Assembly (NCBI GenBank): GCA_010909165.1
Contig: VJWM01000025.1
Span: 558,001-622,000 of the forward strand
Direction: 5' to 3'
DNA length: 64,000 nucleotides
Source: Anthoceros angustus
Taxonomy: Eukaryota > Plantae > Anthocerotophyta
Of the stretch, positions 36,477 to 50,549 are shown one piece after another. A program made the translations under genes and the position numbers. Under the pieces are notes generated by a model. It did not search any database, was not told where the DNA came from, and worked only from the letters and a program-made list of their open reading frames with translations. Position 1 is the first letter of the stretch, and every line of letters starts with the position of its first letter.

Positions 36477-38482
36477 TCCTGCTTGCGCGCATCAGCCCAA
36501 GCTGGCTGGTGCAAACTGCTTAACCAGAGGACATCTTGTCACTGCCTATTCCAGCCGGAACATCCACCTGGACGGGCTGGCTCCCTTACAGAGGTGCTGC
36601 AACCACCGAGTCCCACTGCCAGCACTTGTCTCCTTGAAGTCAGGCCAGCAGCAGATCTTCCTACAGCCCCTCAACCCACAACTTCGTTGGGTGCACATAA
36701 GCTGTGGCAACAACGGGTCCCCTTGCCCTCTGCGTGACTCCAACGCCACGCTCCGGACAACCATGGTTCACAGGAGCACAGGGTGCGCCTGTGGAAGCAG
36801 CAGGAGGCTGCCAGGAGTTGTGCATCCTTGCTTGCTTCACAGGATTTCGGTTGCTGGCAATATTTCAGAATCCGGGAGTTTTCCTCGTTTCTCACCTACA
36901 AGATGGCCTATACCAGACAGGCCCCATTACGGAGAAGGCACATCAGACATGATCTCTTGCCATGCTCCATTCGCATTGGCAGTGCACTGGAAACACAAGT
37001 TCCTCCATAACACTCCCTGTCCGAGCATCTTCTGCAAACTTGGCAGAGAATGATGGTGAAAAAGAATCACATTATGGGTAATGGAAGGCTATTTTTCTAC
37101 CGGAGTTCAGAGTCCTCGAAGGCAAGCCCCAAAGGCATGGTGCTTCAATACACACCTAACGTGGTCAGAGAGATGGTGTGAAGCTGCACCGTTGTTACCG
37201 TGGAATCCATGACAATGAAACTACATGTCCAAGCTACAGCAACAGTGTCCTGATGCTAAAGCACAAGCCAAACATGTAGAATATTCGCTAGTGCAATCCC
37301 TCCAGGGATAATCTCTGAGAACAAAGGGAAGAACAGAAGGGGTTCATCTCATCAGTACATGGGCTCCTCAGGATCCATCACACACCCAGGGTCAGGGTCC
37401 ACCACACATCCAGGGTTAGCCTCCGAGTTCTTAAGAGTTTCATCCACCTTGCTTTCTTCTTCTGGAAAAGCAACGCTAGCTCGAAGACCTTTTTGTTCGT
37501 GATACGCCCTCTTCCAGATCTCTGCCATTTCAGTCCAGTACTTGTGGCGAGCCTTGGCGCGATGCATCCGAGCTAGATACTTGGCCGTCAAACCCGCAGT
37601 GGAAACTCTGCCTCCAAGTCCGCCAAGATTTGCTCCTGCAAGGCGGCCATGGGGTCACCGGACCACTTGAGGGGACATGGGGACACCAGAGCACTTGAGG
37701 GGCCATTTGGTGGTAACAAGCTGTGGGACCCAAAGGCCAGGAACTACGATTCACAAGGCCATCGAATTTGTGGTAGACAAGCGTCCACCAAGCATGTCCC
37801 CACTCAAGATTGAACCTGGTGTGCATGCACGATTGCAGATGCTACCAGAGGACTAGTCCACCATATAAAGGGGTCTCTGTGCAGGAATTGAAGATGACCA
37901 AATGGTCACCTCCAACACAAAGGGTCACTGAGTCACGTTCAGTGGGAGGAAGGGCCCTGCCGTCAATGATCATCCACTGGTCGATCAACCTTAACGCTGA
38001 GCACTGTGAGATATTGTGCAGTGTAGTTTGTGCAGGAGCACCCGGTGTACGTGCAAGCAAGCTTAGCGTCTCCTTCCGCACAAAGTCGCGACCTGAATGA
38101 GCCCCTGAGCTGGGGCCTTGCACCTCACAATTACGCAGAACACACGCATGAGGCCGATCGAGGCCACTATATCCTCAACATGGCCATGATTTTCTCCATA
38201 CGTTTCTGCCGCCCACCTCACTTCTGAGCAGGAGGGAAAAGAAGATTTTGAACCTCTAACACGACCTCGAATAGATGTACATAGGTGCAGAGCACAAGCT
38301 TGCGCACAGGCTAATTCCGCCGTTGTGATCCGGAAGGAAAGGGTCATACATCTGATGCCAAAGATTAAAAAGTCTGCAAGCTTCCGTCCAAAATTTATGG
38401 CCAGCCTAGCGCTCACTATGCATGTGGTCTACGGAAGAAAGCTCGCGAACTGTGTACTGATACGTGACTTCCTAAACTAGCC

Positions 38483-39729
38483 TTAATTCCAGCTGCCGAA
38501 CTCCAGCCACGGATTCAGGCAGTGAAGGCTCTGCGTCACAAAACGCTTGTAGGGCCAGGAGGAAGCCACCTCAAGCCCCGGGTGTTCGTCGCAAATCGAC
38601 AGCCATTATCTTATCGAGCCCCTCTCGCTTGATGTATACTTGCGAATCCTGCCCCCACGACCTTGATATCGATGTCCAGGTGGCTCGGGAAACGTCTGCC
38701 ATGGAAACGAGGAAGCATGGAAGCGGGCATGGTGTCCAGCACCGTCCAGGCCATGCTCGCGAAATCCATCTCCCAGATCTGCACAACAACTCCTTCCCCA
38801 GGACTACGCATAAGAACCGGGCCGTGGAAGATGTCCTCACCTAGGACCACGCATAGCAGCCGGTCGCGCACGTTGATGAGGTTGCACTGCGCGATGTGGA
38901 AACGGAGAGGCGTGGACACGGCCATCCATTTCCAGCTGGCCCGCTCCAGGTCGTACGCCAGCAAATTGTAGTTGTCGGTGATGCAGTACAGCACGGACCT
39001 CACAAACACCGTCTGCGCCTGCGATCCCTCACCACGCAGGCTTCTGTCAAACACCTCGTTCAGGGCAAGGCGGTGGTAGTCACACTCCAGCTGCCCACCG
39101 CGGAATCGAACACGAAGGTGGGCACGGGTCTGCGCATGTCCATGTTATCCATCTTGTTGCGTGTATCTTTGATGGCCACCAGCTTGAAGCAACGCGCCTT
39201 CACGTCAACGAACACGCCCAACACATCCTGGATCCACAGACCACCCGGGAGAGCCGGCAGCGAGGCCCAAGAGCGCGCCAACGGGTTGCCCAAGTGCGGG
39301 ATGGTGACCACGTCCCGCGCCCCTGCGTACGCGCGCACCTTATTGTGGACAGCAGCAGGCCGCCGCCGCCCTTCCCGACCCGCAGCGCCCTCCATCATTT
39401 CCGGAACAGGCTGTGAAGCGTGGTGTTGCACCCGTAGCGGGAGTGGGAGTTGGTACCAACGGTTTGATCCAGGGTCGTAGACGCCGGAGGAAGCAGGAGG
39501 AGGTGCTGAAGCCTACTACCAAGAGCAGACAGTCCAGCGCTCCCGCTCGCAATTCCAAGCGCTCCCGCAACAAGGAGGGCGACACGGCGGCCGCATTCCA
39601 GGCTCTGCACACCGCGCGCGTCCGCAACAAGCTCACCAGTGGCAACCGAGCCTGAATCATGGTCTCAACGTCTCTAGGCAGCTCCAAGTCGCTGGATACA
39701 ACGAATTCGTCATCTGCATCTGCATCCAT
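38483..39729 (-). CDS. F-box protein, copy 3
   Basis: Same motifs (ORFs 39340-39813, 39060-39431, 38611-39054). Confidence 0.85.
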
Positions 39730-40125
39730 CTCAGGCCCTCGCACTCCGCCGTCTGCAATCACCATCACCAGGGACCCTCGCTCAGCCTCCGGATCCGCCT
39801 GAGGACAACACACATACGCAGACCAACCTCTTAGACACTACCTATTGTGACAGGGTTGTAGGAGATAATACCCACATCACACGACAGTAATTCGATCATG
39901 GAATTGATATATTGAATCACTATATATAGGCTCTGAATTTGCTATCATCTCGAGGACTATGCATTTAATCTCGATACATAGATCGATGGGCCGATCTATC
40001 CCTGCTTACAAAATTCACTCTTATCAATCCCATCCCTTGAGATGATTGAATACATGAGCTGATCATGCTTGTCACGGCGTGTGGTTGGGCTGATAATGTA
40101 GTCCATTTGATGGGTGCACCAGACT

Positions 40126-41295
40126 TCATGTGCAAATTAGATCAGAACGACATGAGATGCAGATAGAGAAGGGTAACCTCGCGCAGAGACCACACACGAG
40201 GGAGGCCAGCACGCCCAGGTGCCCTCCTCGCAGATGGAACGATTCCAAAAGTTGTCGAAAGGTCATCTTCACGGGTCTGTCTGCGATATCTTCAACCAGG
40301 GAGTACTTCGGTGTGTCCTTGGCTATGGGCGACAGCACTGATCCCTTCTTCCTCCGGCACTTGGGCTTGCCTGCAGCAGTTGCTGGGTTTTCAGCCTCCT
40401 TCATGATGACCTCTGGTCCAATCACATCAACCTCGCGTCGTTGTACTTTTGTCTTTCTCCGAGTTTCTCCCCTTCATCGATGGGCTCTTCATCTCGGAGC
40501 TTCTTGTCTTCGTCCACCACAGTTAGAATCCGTGTCCCTGGCATGCAGTCAGAGAACACTCCCTTACCGTTTCATCCCCAGATGATTTCTGTGCCATCGT
40601 AACAAGCTGTTGGTTGTTCTTGGCAGGTCCTGCATTGGGCTTCTTAGTGTTTTTATTTCCGGTGCCCTGCTGAGGAAACTTTGGGCTTGATCAGTGCGTG
40701 TGTCCGGTTTCCTTGCACTTGGTGCAGGCGCCCTTCACGCAATAGCCTGAAGGAGTGGATGCCCTTGGTGCAAGTAGCTTAAGGCACATCATGGTACAAG
40801 TTGTTAAGTACCAAGTCCCATGACGGAAATCCGTCCTTAGTCGACTTAAATAAAATTCTTCTTCTTCTTCTTCTTAGCCCTTGGATAAAATGCAAGACTA
40901 CTTTCTTTTGTTTCTCCCCTCATACCCCAACTTCTCATTTAGGACGCTCGTGCGGTCGATGTAGCTGACTAGAGTCTCATGGTCATCTTAATACAGGTCC
41001 AGGAGTTGGTTGTGACAGTCCCAGAAAAGGTTGGACTCCAGAACTTCACCACAAATGCACAACATATTCCTGACCAGTCAACCTGGTTAGAACCCTTCAA
41101 CTTCGCACCATGCCTCAGCCCTTTCCTCTCAAGGAAGTGGAAAGTACTTGAGGTACGTCTTCAGAGCTACCATGATCCTGACCTTCATAGCATTTTTGAA
41201 GCTCAACAGATGTTCATCAGGATCATCAGCAGGAGTTCCAAAGAAAGCAGGAAAAGCAAGGAGTTCAAAGAACTTTTATCTGATGACCTCGACAT
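40126..41295 (-). mobile_element. gag: Ty3/gypsy gag remnant, copy 3
   Basis: Same as copy 1, plus a private 6-bp deletion at the end of the zinc knuckle (~40695). Confidence 0.75.
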
Positions 41296-43683
41296 CCTAT
41301 CTTTTCTAAGACTTGTCTAACTATACTCTCTATCTATTGGTGAGACCGTCTACCTTTGCCCACGAGCTCTGCGTACATTAGCCTGGTGGAGAGTCAACCA
41401 CAGCGCTTGGTAAGCCAGGGGCATATGCTCAAAGCCAAGGGGCATATGCTCAAAGCCAAAAGGTACGAGAAGCACTTGTTGTGGCACTGGTTTCTGCACA
41501 GGCCTGATACGGATTGGCTGATGCTTCCTAGCTCATCCAGACTGCTTTGACTCGTGTCTCATTCTCACAAAATCATAATACCACGGGTGATGCAGGATGA
41601 ACCCCTCCGGGAGTTGGGGAGGGTACGTACATTGCTTCACGTCCCAAGCCTCAGCAACGAGTCCCACCGGGAGTGCCAAGCTGTTGGATGTCGGGTAGGA
41701 CTTGTAGGCCAGCCTGCTCTCGGGCTGCCTAGCAGAAGTTATCGTTGTGGACCTAGCATTCGCGATGACACTGCGGCTAGGACCTACGCTCTTCCTCAAG
41801 ATTGCTGGGACGACTTGAAACTCTACACTCCTGCACTCAAGATGACATGTAGGAGTGGTCAATACTGTAAATGACGGATGGAATGTTGATAGATAGGGCA
41901 AGGAAAGGAGGGCCTGTGCCCCGCTGCTTGACCTTCAGCAAGTGTGATCTGCAGGCTGGTGGTGAAGACAAATACACAAAACCGACGTTAGCACAACTAA
42001 AACGAGGATTCCACAGCTGCAACGCATACTCAGTGCAACACTCAAACACAGGATGCCTTGCCTCGCAGGACTGACAAGAAGAGAGACAGGCCAGCAATTG
42101 CCTTCTGCTTTAGTCATGGCCAAACGGCCTACATATTTATTTGGTGGCCTTGCTACCAAGATCCAAGCCTACAGCTAGGCTGGTAATCGCAACCTCCACA
42201 CAAAGTTGGACTGACCCCTATCGCTTCCGACTCTCATGGCCAACCCCTATGTTTGGAGAGGGTTTCAGGTTGGGTGGGCAGGCAGGGCGTGAGTAGCTTC
42301 ACGCGGTTGCTCCTACAGTTACGATGAATTATTTCAGTTGATACATGGTGCTCACCCTGCTAGGGGATCTTTGTCTTTTGGAGACAGTGACGGTTCATGC
42401 AAGCAGAGAGGGTTTGAAGACATCTGATCTCCCGCATAAACTTAAGACTTGTCTTGGTCAATACTTGAGTCAGCACTTGGGAGAAGATTTCATGCATTTG
42501 GATGGCCAGGAGCCTTTCAAAGACTCACAGGAGTCCGCTTGTGCAGTCCTGCATTTGATCAGCGGTGCCCTGAATCGGATATCAGCTGCAATTGCATCTC
42601 GGCAGTCTTTCAGCTCTGGCTTCAATGTCTGAAAGTGGATTCTGTTGTAGGACAAGAATGTAATGTGGGCATGTGGGAAGAATCCAAATCAGTTCAAGGA
42701 AACAATCCAGTGCACTTTGAATGTCGCCGCCAAATCATGTCCCTCTCCCGATATCCGTTTACTCAGATTTGAATCTCCCACTACATTTTGCACCGGCAGC
42801 AAGAACAATACGGTGGCTCCCGATTTGCGGTTGTGAGAGCTGATGAGCAGTTTGTTTGCGCCCATCAGCCAGTCGCTGTTTATGTATGGAGATCATCGGA
42901 CTGCGATGGCTGCTCACCCATATCAACCACAGTCCACACCGAAACTACGGGAAGCGACGCCATTGGCATCAGTGTTCCCTAAGGCATCTACTCTGAAGAT
43001 TTCATGAAGCTGAAGCACGGACGAAATCATAGCACTTCAAAACCAGGACAATGTGGCATATGTGGCTTGATCATACCCTCTTCCGCCATGGAATTTCCTG
43101 GTTCTGGAATTGTGAGCTGTCAATCTTTGACGTCTGATGTTTTCGCTTTGCGCAGCACACATTTAAATAAGGAGGGAACTTTGGAACGCAGCAGTTTGGG
43201 TAGCGGCGAGGAGGCACCTTCCAAGCAGTCAAAAGAGAGCGAGGGGTGGGAAATTGTTTTGTTCAGGCTTGCATTGCAATGGGCACGCAGATTTGTTCTC
43301 CCATGATTCTATCACGGCACCTCTCCAGACACAGACAAGGAAAGGCAGTTGCCCATCACTACGTCATCCAGATCCCTTCGTCAGCGAGTGCAGCGCAGGC
43401 CTTCAGAAGACAAGCAAAGAGAACATGGTCAGCCAGAGTCAGCTCCTCCAGACAGGCGTCATGCTTGTCTTCTAATAAAGGTGATAGCGGTAATACGAAT
43501 TCCCAAACCCCGGTGACGTAGTTTCGCTCTGAAGTGCCGCTGATCGAGAGCAGGACGGCCATCAGCGCACGGCAGGTGGGACTTCTTAGCTCTTAGAGTA
43601 GCTCAGACTCTTGACAATTTTTGCAAGATCCTCGAGGATGGAGTTGGTTTGGAAGTTTGCGGAAACCTCCATGGAACCTGCTG

Positions 43684-46600
43684 CTACTGCCAGAGCTTGG
43701 GCGCTCCATGGAACCTGCTGCTACTGCCTTGGGCGGGTGGGGCGTTTCTGCTGAATGCGTGACACCCTTATCTCGCCCTGATGCAGCTGAAGTCATCCTA
43801 GCTGTAGTTAGCTTTGCGCCGACATCTTCCAATATCTCATACAAAATGGCTGTTTGTTGGTGTTTGCAGTCATCCGCCAAAATACGTGCACCTGCTTGTC
43901 ATGCTCGATCCAGCTCTGGCCAGGCTTCTTCCAGGAAACTGCCCTTTGCCTCAACTCATCCACCTTTCTCGCACAATCCAACATGCCAGCATCTAGATAA
44001 ATGTTTGACATGAGGACATAGGCTGCTGCGTGTTCTGGATCTTCACCTACTGCTTCAGCGAAGGCCTGCTCTCCCAGTGAAACATTACCATGTTTTCGGC
44101 AGGCGCTCAGCAGGCACAACCAGACTGGCAAACCAGGCTGAATTGGCATCTGGGAGAGCAGCATTTCAGCTTTACTGAAGAGACCTGCTCGACCGACGAG
44201 GTCCATTACACAAGCGTAATGTTCCGTGTCTGCAGAGATGCTGTATTCCCTGGTCATGGCTGAAGTACTCCAGTCCCCTATCGACTAGTCCAGCATGGCT
44301 GCAAGCAGACAGGAGGCCCAGGAAGGTGACTCTATCTGGTTTCAAGCCAGATTGTAACATGTGGCCATAGCACTGGATGCTCGTGTTGCAATCGCCCAGC
44401 CGGGCATAGCCTGCGAGAAGGGCATTCCATGAGATGACGTCGGGGCGAGATAGGAGTCGAAGACACGTTGGGCATCCACCATGCTCCCACACTTGCTGTA
44501 CGCATGAATGAGGCTGGTGGCAACAGGAAGACGGTACTCCAATCCATTGTCGAGAATGGCCTGGTGGGTCTGGACGCACATGTCTAATGCCCTGTGCTGC
44601 TGCACGCTTGGAGGACTGACACAAAAGTAGCTTCCTGTGGCTTCATTCCCTCTGCTTGCATCTGGGCATACAGTTGCAAAGCCTTTCCTCCTTGCTCCTG
44701 GGCATACGCTGCAATCATGACAGTCCACGACACAAGATCACGCTGAGACATCCTGTCAAACACCTGCTCTGCGTCTGTGATGCTCCCACACTTGGCATAC
44801 ATGTACACCAGAGTGCTGGCGACAAACATGTCTAAATCCAAATCCAGTCTTGCAGCTTCAGCGTGTATGTCTCTTCCCAGTTCAAGGTAATCCAGCTTCA
44901 CACTCTGCCCATCCTCAGATGACACCTTCTCCTTTTCTGCAGCGACTCCACAAGCATGGAGAGCACTGGCCAAGGTTCGCGCATCCGGCTTCACGCCCTC
45001 CTTCTGCATCTGTTTAAACACCTGGAAGGCCTTTCCTCCTGCGCCCTGCACAGCATACGCTGCGATCATGGCAGTCCATGACACCACACCTCGCCTGGGC
45101 AATTGGTTGAAGACAAGTTCTGTGTCCTGAATGCTCCCACACTTTGCATACATACTAAGCAAAGTGTTGCAAACATAGATGTCAGAATCAAGCCCCCATT
45201 CTGTAGCTCCTGCATGCAACTCCCTTCCCTCTCGCAGGGATGCCACTTTGACATCTTGCCCATGCACCAAGGTGCTTTTCTCTTTTGCTGCAAGGCAGCC
45301 GCATGCATGAAGCGCACTTACAAATGTCTGCGCATCGGGCCTGCAGCCCTCCCTTTGCATCTGTCTGTAGACCTGCAAAGCTTTGTCTCCTTGGTCCTCC
45401 TCGGCATATCCTCCTATCATGGCATTCCATGCCACCACATCACGCTTGTGCAAACTTTTAAACACCTCCTCAGCATCGTTGATGCTCCCGCACTTTGCAT
45501 ACATACTAACCAGAATGCTACCAACAAACATGTTGGATTCAAAACCCCTTCCTGAACTCCAGCATGGATTTCCTTCCCCTTCTGCAAGGACTGTACTTTT
45601 ACATTGCGGCTGTTCAGAGCTGCACTCTCCTCCTTTTCTGCAATGCTGCCACACGCTCGGAGGGCACTTACAAATGTTCGAGCATTTGGACTTATCCCCG
45701 TCTCTCGCATCTGCCGAAAGATCTGCAAAGCTCTTTCCCTCTGCTCTGTCGAGCATATGAAGACAGCATTGCATTCCATGAAACTACATTGCACTGAGCA
45801 AGTCCATCAAATGCTTCCTCCGCATCAGCAAAGCTCCCACACTTTGCATACATACTCACCAGTGTGTTGCCAAGAAACTTGTCGGACACAAACCCTCTTC
45901 TGACAGCTTCAGCATGTAACTTTCTTCCCACTTTCAAGGCTTCCAGCTTCACTTTCTCCCCATCCACAAACGTGATTTCCTCCTTTTCTGCCATGCTGCC
46001 ACATGCTTGAAGGGCACTGACAAACGTCCGTGCATCCGGCTTCACTCCAGCCTGATGCATCTCACGAAATGCCCTCATTGCCATTTCCCCATGTCCCTGC
46101 TGTGAGTATCCGGCAAGCATCACATTCCATGCCACCACGTCTCGCTGGGACAAGCCATCAAACACCTGCCGGGCATCCACTATGCTCCCACACTTGGCGT
46201 ACATGTCAACCAAACTAATCCCAACAATCCCATCCGAGTCCAGCCCACATGCCACAACTTGAGCATGAATCCGCCTACCCTCCTCCAGGTCTTCCAATCT
46301 GCTGCATGCCTTGAGTAAGCTGACAGCCCTGCCGTCTTCTTGCATACCCCTGTAGGGTTGAAGAGCCTCCTGGCCCATGCCCTGCTGGGAATACCCTGCT
46401 ATCATGGCATTCCATGTCACCACAACCTTCCGACCAAACCCATTGAACACTCTCTGGGCATCCTCTAAGCTGCCACACTTCGTATACTGACCAAACTGTT
46501 GGCTACGAATGACAGCAGATTCATATCCTCGTTCCCTAAGTTGTGCATGAAGATGCTTCCCTACTCCAACGCCAGGTGCTTACACTTGCACACGCCTGCA

Positions 46601-47179
46601 GGAGACACAAAAAGTCACAGAACCAGGTGCTACGATGCCTTCATACTGCATAGCACTGTGGAGACGAAGGGCCTCATCCCCATGCCCCGTTGGGAATACC
46701 CTCCTATCATGGCATTCCAGGTTACTATATCTTTGTGACCAATTCCTTCAAAAACTCTCTGCGCATTCTCCAGCTGCCACATGTCCACCAAGCCTGCTTG
46801 TCTTCTCCATGTTTTAACATGCGCAGAGATGATGGCAGCCCACGTGAAGGCATCTGGATTGGACACCAGCTCAAACCCATCCTCGCGTCTTGCAACCTGC
46901 CATGAGAAGCATACATCGCAGGATGTGGAAGCCCAGGAACGTGTTTGACTGGTACCCGTTTCTCACAGCGAAAGCATGGACCCGGCTACCCAGAACAAGA
47001 TCCCTGTTTACCACACATTTCTTCAGCACAGTATAAAGGAGAGATTTTGGAATACGACGGTCTGTCTGCACCATAGGTTCCAGAGACTCGACGGCCTGAC
47101 TGAGATCAACATTATGACATAGTTTGCTCACGGATTCAGCAGAAATGCCCCCATCGTCACGTGCAGGGCAACGACCCAT
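43684..47179 (-). pseudogene. PLS-E/E+ PPR gene, copy 4, frameshifted
   Basis: ORFs 43808-44257, 44584-45774 (396 aa), 45692-46450 and 46871-47179. Confidence 0.9.
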
Positions 47180-49023
47180 TCCTGCTTGCGCGCATCAGCC
47201 CAAGCTGGCTGGTGCAAACTGCTTAACCAGAGGACATCTTGTCACTGCCTATTCCAGCCGGAACATCCACCTGGACGGGCTGGCTCCCTTACAGAGGTGC
47301 TGCAACCACCGAGTCCCACTGCCAGCACTTGTCTCCTTGAAGTCAGGCCAGCAGCAGATCTTCCTACAGCCCCTCAACCCACAACTTCGTTGGGTGCACA
47401 TAAGCTGTGGCAACAACGGGTCCCCTTGCCCTCTGCGTGACTCCAACGCCACGCTCCGGACAACCATGGTTCACAGGAGCACAGGGTGCGCCTGTGGAAG
47501 CAGCAGGAGGCTGCAAGGAGTTGTGCATCCTTGCTTGCTTCACAGGATTTCGGTTGCTGGCAATATTTCAGAATCCGGGAGTTTTCCTCGTTTTCTCACC
47601 TACAAGATGGCCTATACCAGACAGGCCCCATTACGGAGAAGGCACATCAGACATGATCTCTTGCCATGCTCCATTCGCATTGGCAGTGCACTGGAAACAC
47701 AAGTTCCTCCATAACACTCCCTGTCCGAGCATCTTCTGCAAACTTGGCAGAGAATGATGGTGAAAAAGAATCACATTATGGGTAATGGAAGGCTATTTTT
47801 CTACCGGAGTTCAGAGTCCTCGAAGGGCAAGCCCCAAAGGCATGGTGCTTCAATACACACCTAACGTGGTCAGAGAGATGGTGTGAAGCTGCACCGTTGT
47901 TACCGTGGAATCCATGACAATGAAACTACATGTCCAAGCTACAGCAACAGTGTCCCGATGCTAAAGCACAAGCCAAACATGTAGAATATTCGCTAGTGCA
48001 ATCCCTCCAGGGATAATCTCTGAGAACAAAGGGAAGAACAGAAGGGGTTCATCTCATCAGTACATGGGCTCCTCAGGATCCATCACACACCCAGGGTCAG
48101 GGTCCACCACACATCCAGGGTTAGCCTCCGAGTTCTTAAGAGTTTCATGCACCTTGCTTTCTTCTTCTGGAAAAGCAACGCTAGCTCGAAGACCTTTTTG
48201 TTCGTGATACGCCCTCTTCCAGATCTCTGCCATCCAGTACTTGTGGCGAGCCTTGGCGCGATGCATCCGAGCTAGATATTTGGCCGTCAAACCCGCAGTG
48301 GAAACTCTGCCTCAAGTCCGCCAAGATTTGCTCCCGCAAGCACTCAAGATTGAACCTGGCGTGCGCATGCACGACTGCAGATGCTACCAGAGGACTAGTC
48401 CACCATATAAAGGGGTCTCTGTGGATGAATTGAAGATGACCAAATGGTCACCTCCAACACAAAGGGTCACTGAGTCACGTTCAGTAGGTGGAAGGGCCCT
48501 GCCGTCAACGATCATCCACTGGTCGATCAACCTTAACGCCGAGCACTGTGAGATATTGTGCAGTGTAGTTTGTGCAGGACCACCCGGTGTACGTGCAAGC
48601 AAGCTTAGCGTCTCCTTCCGCACAAAGTCGCGACCCGAATGAGCCCCTGGGCTGGGGCCTTGCACCTCACAATTACGCAGAACACACGCATGAGGCCGAT
48701 CGAGGCCACTATATCCTCAACATGGCCATGATTTTCTCCATACGTTTCTGCCGCCCACCTCACTTCTGAGCAGGAGGAAAGAAGATTTTGAACCTCTAAC
48801 ACGACCTCGAATAGATGTACATAGGTGCAGAGCACAAGCTTGCGCACAGGCTAATTCCGCCGTTGTGATCCGGAAGGAAAGGGTCATACATCTGATGCCA
48901 AAGATCAATAAAAAGTCTGCAAGCTTCCGTCCAAAATTGATGGCCAGCCTAGCGCTCACTATGCATGTGGTCTACGGAAGAAAGCTCGCGAACTGTACTG
49001 ATACGTGACTTCCTAAACTAGCC

Positions 49024-50272
49024 TTAATTCCAGCTGCCGAACTCCAGCCACGGATTCAGGCAGTGAAGGCTCTGCGTCACAAAACGCTTGTAGGGCCAGG
49101 AGGAAGCCACCTCAAGCCCCGGTGTTCGTCGCAAATCGACAGCCATTATCTTATCGAGCCCCTCTCGCTTGATGTATACTTGCGAATCCTGCCCCCACGA
49201 CCTTGATATCGATGTCCAGGTGGCTCGGGAAACGTCTGCCATGGAAACGAGGAAGCATGGAAGCGGGCATGGTGTCCAGCACCGTCCAGGCCATGCTCGC
49301 GAAATCCATCTCCCAGATCTGCACAACAACTCCTTCCCCAGGACTACGCATAAGAACCGGGCCGTGGAAGATGTCCTCACCTAGGACCACGCATAGCAGC
49401 CGGTCGCGCACGTTGATGAGGTTGCACTGCGCGATGTGGAAACGGAGAGGCGTGGACACGGCCATCCATTTCCAGCTGGCCCGCTCCAGGTCGTACGCCA
49501 GCAAATTGTAGTTGTCGGTGATGCAGTACAGCACGGACCTCACAACACCGTCTGCGCCTGCGATCCCTCACCACGCAGGCTTCTGTCAAACACCTCGTTC
49601 AGGGGCAAGGCGGTGGTAGTCACACTCCAGCTGCCCACCGCGGAATCGAACACGAAGGTGGGCACGGGTCTGCGCATGTCCATGTTATCCATCTTGTTGC
49701 GTGTATCTTTGATGGCCACCAGCTTGAAGCAACGCGCCTTCACGTCAACGAACACGCCCAACACATCCTGGATCCACAGACCACCCGGGAGAGCCGGCAG
49801 CGAGGCCCAAGAGCGCGCCAACGGGTTGCCCAAGTGCGGGATGGTGACCACGTCCCGCGCCCCTGCGTACGCGCGCACCTTATTGTGGACAGCAGCAGGC
49901 CGCCGCCGCCCTTCCCGACCCCGCAGCGCCCTCCATCATTTCCGGAACAGGCTGTGAAGCGTCGTGGTGTTGCACCCGTAGCGGGAGTGGGAGTTGGTAC
50001 CAACGGTTTGATCCAGGTCGTAGACGCCGGAGGAAGCAGGAGGAGGTGCTGAAGCCTACTACCAAGAGCAGAGAGTCCAGCGCTCCCGCTCGCAATTCCA
50101 AGCGCTCCCGCAACAAGGAGGGCGACACGGCGGCCGCGTTCCAGGCTCTGCACACCGCGCGCGTCCGCAACAAGCTCACCAGTGGCAGCCGAGCCTGAAT
50201 CATGGTCTCAACGTCTCTAGGCAGCTCCAAGTCGCTGGATACAACGAATTCGTCATCTGCATCTGCATCCAT
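49024..50272 (-). CDS. F-box protein, copy 4
   Basis: Same motifs (ORFs 49880-50356, 49540-49878, 49151-49543). Confidence 0.85.
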
Positions 50273-50549
50273 CTCGGGCCCTCGCACTCCGCCGTCTGCA
50301 ATCACCATCACCAGGGACCCTCGCTCAGCCTCCGGATCCGCCTGAGGACAACACACATACGCAGACCAACCTCTTAAACACTACCTATTGTGACAGGGTT
50401 CTAGGAGATAATACCCACATCACACGACAGTAATTCGATCACGGAATTGATATATTGAATCACTATATATAGGCTCTGAATTTGCTATCATCTCGAGGAC
50501 TATGCATTTAATCTCGATACATAGATCGATGGGCCGATCTATCCCTGCT

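Larger units (their letters stand above)
32441..43138. repeat. Array unit 3 (complete)
   Basis: Near-identical to unit 2. Confidence 0.95.

Noticed and set aside
11572-50272. Programmed frameshifting or recoding to explain the broken PPR and F-box frames
   Set aside because: Most frameshifts are copy-specific 1-bp indels in homopolymers, typical of long-read consensus error.
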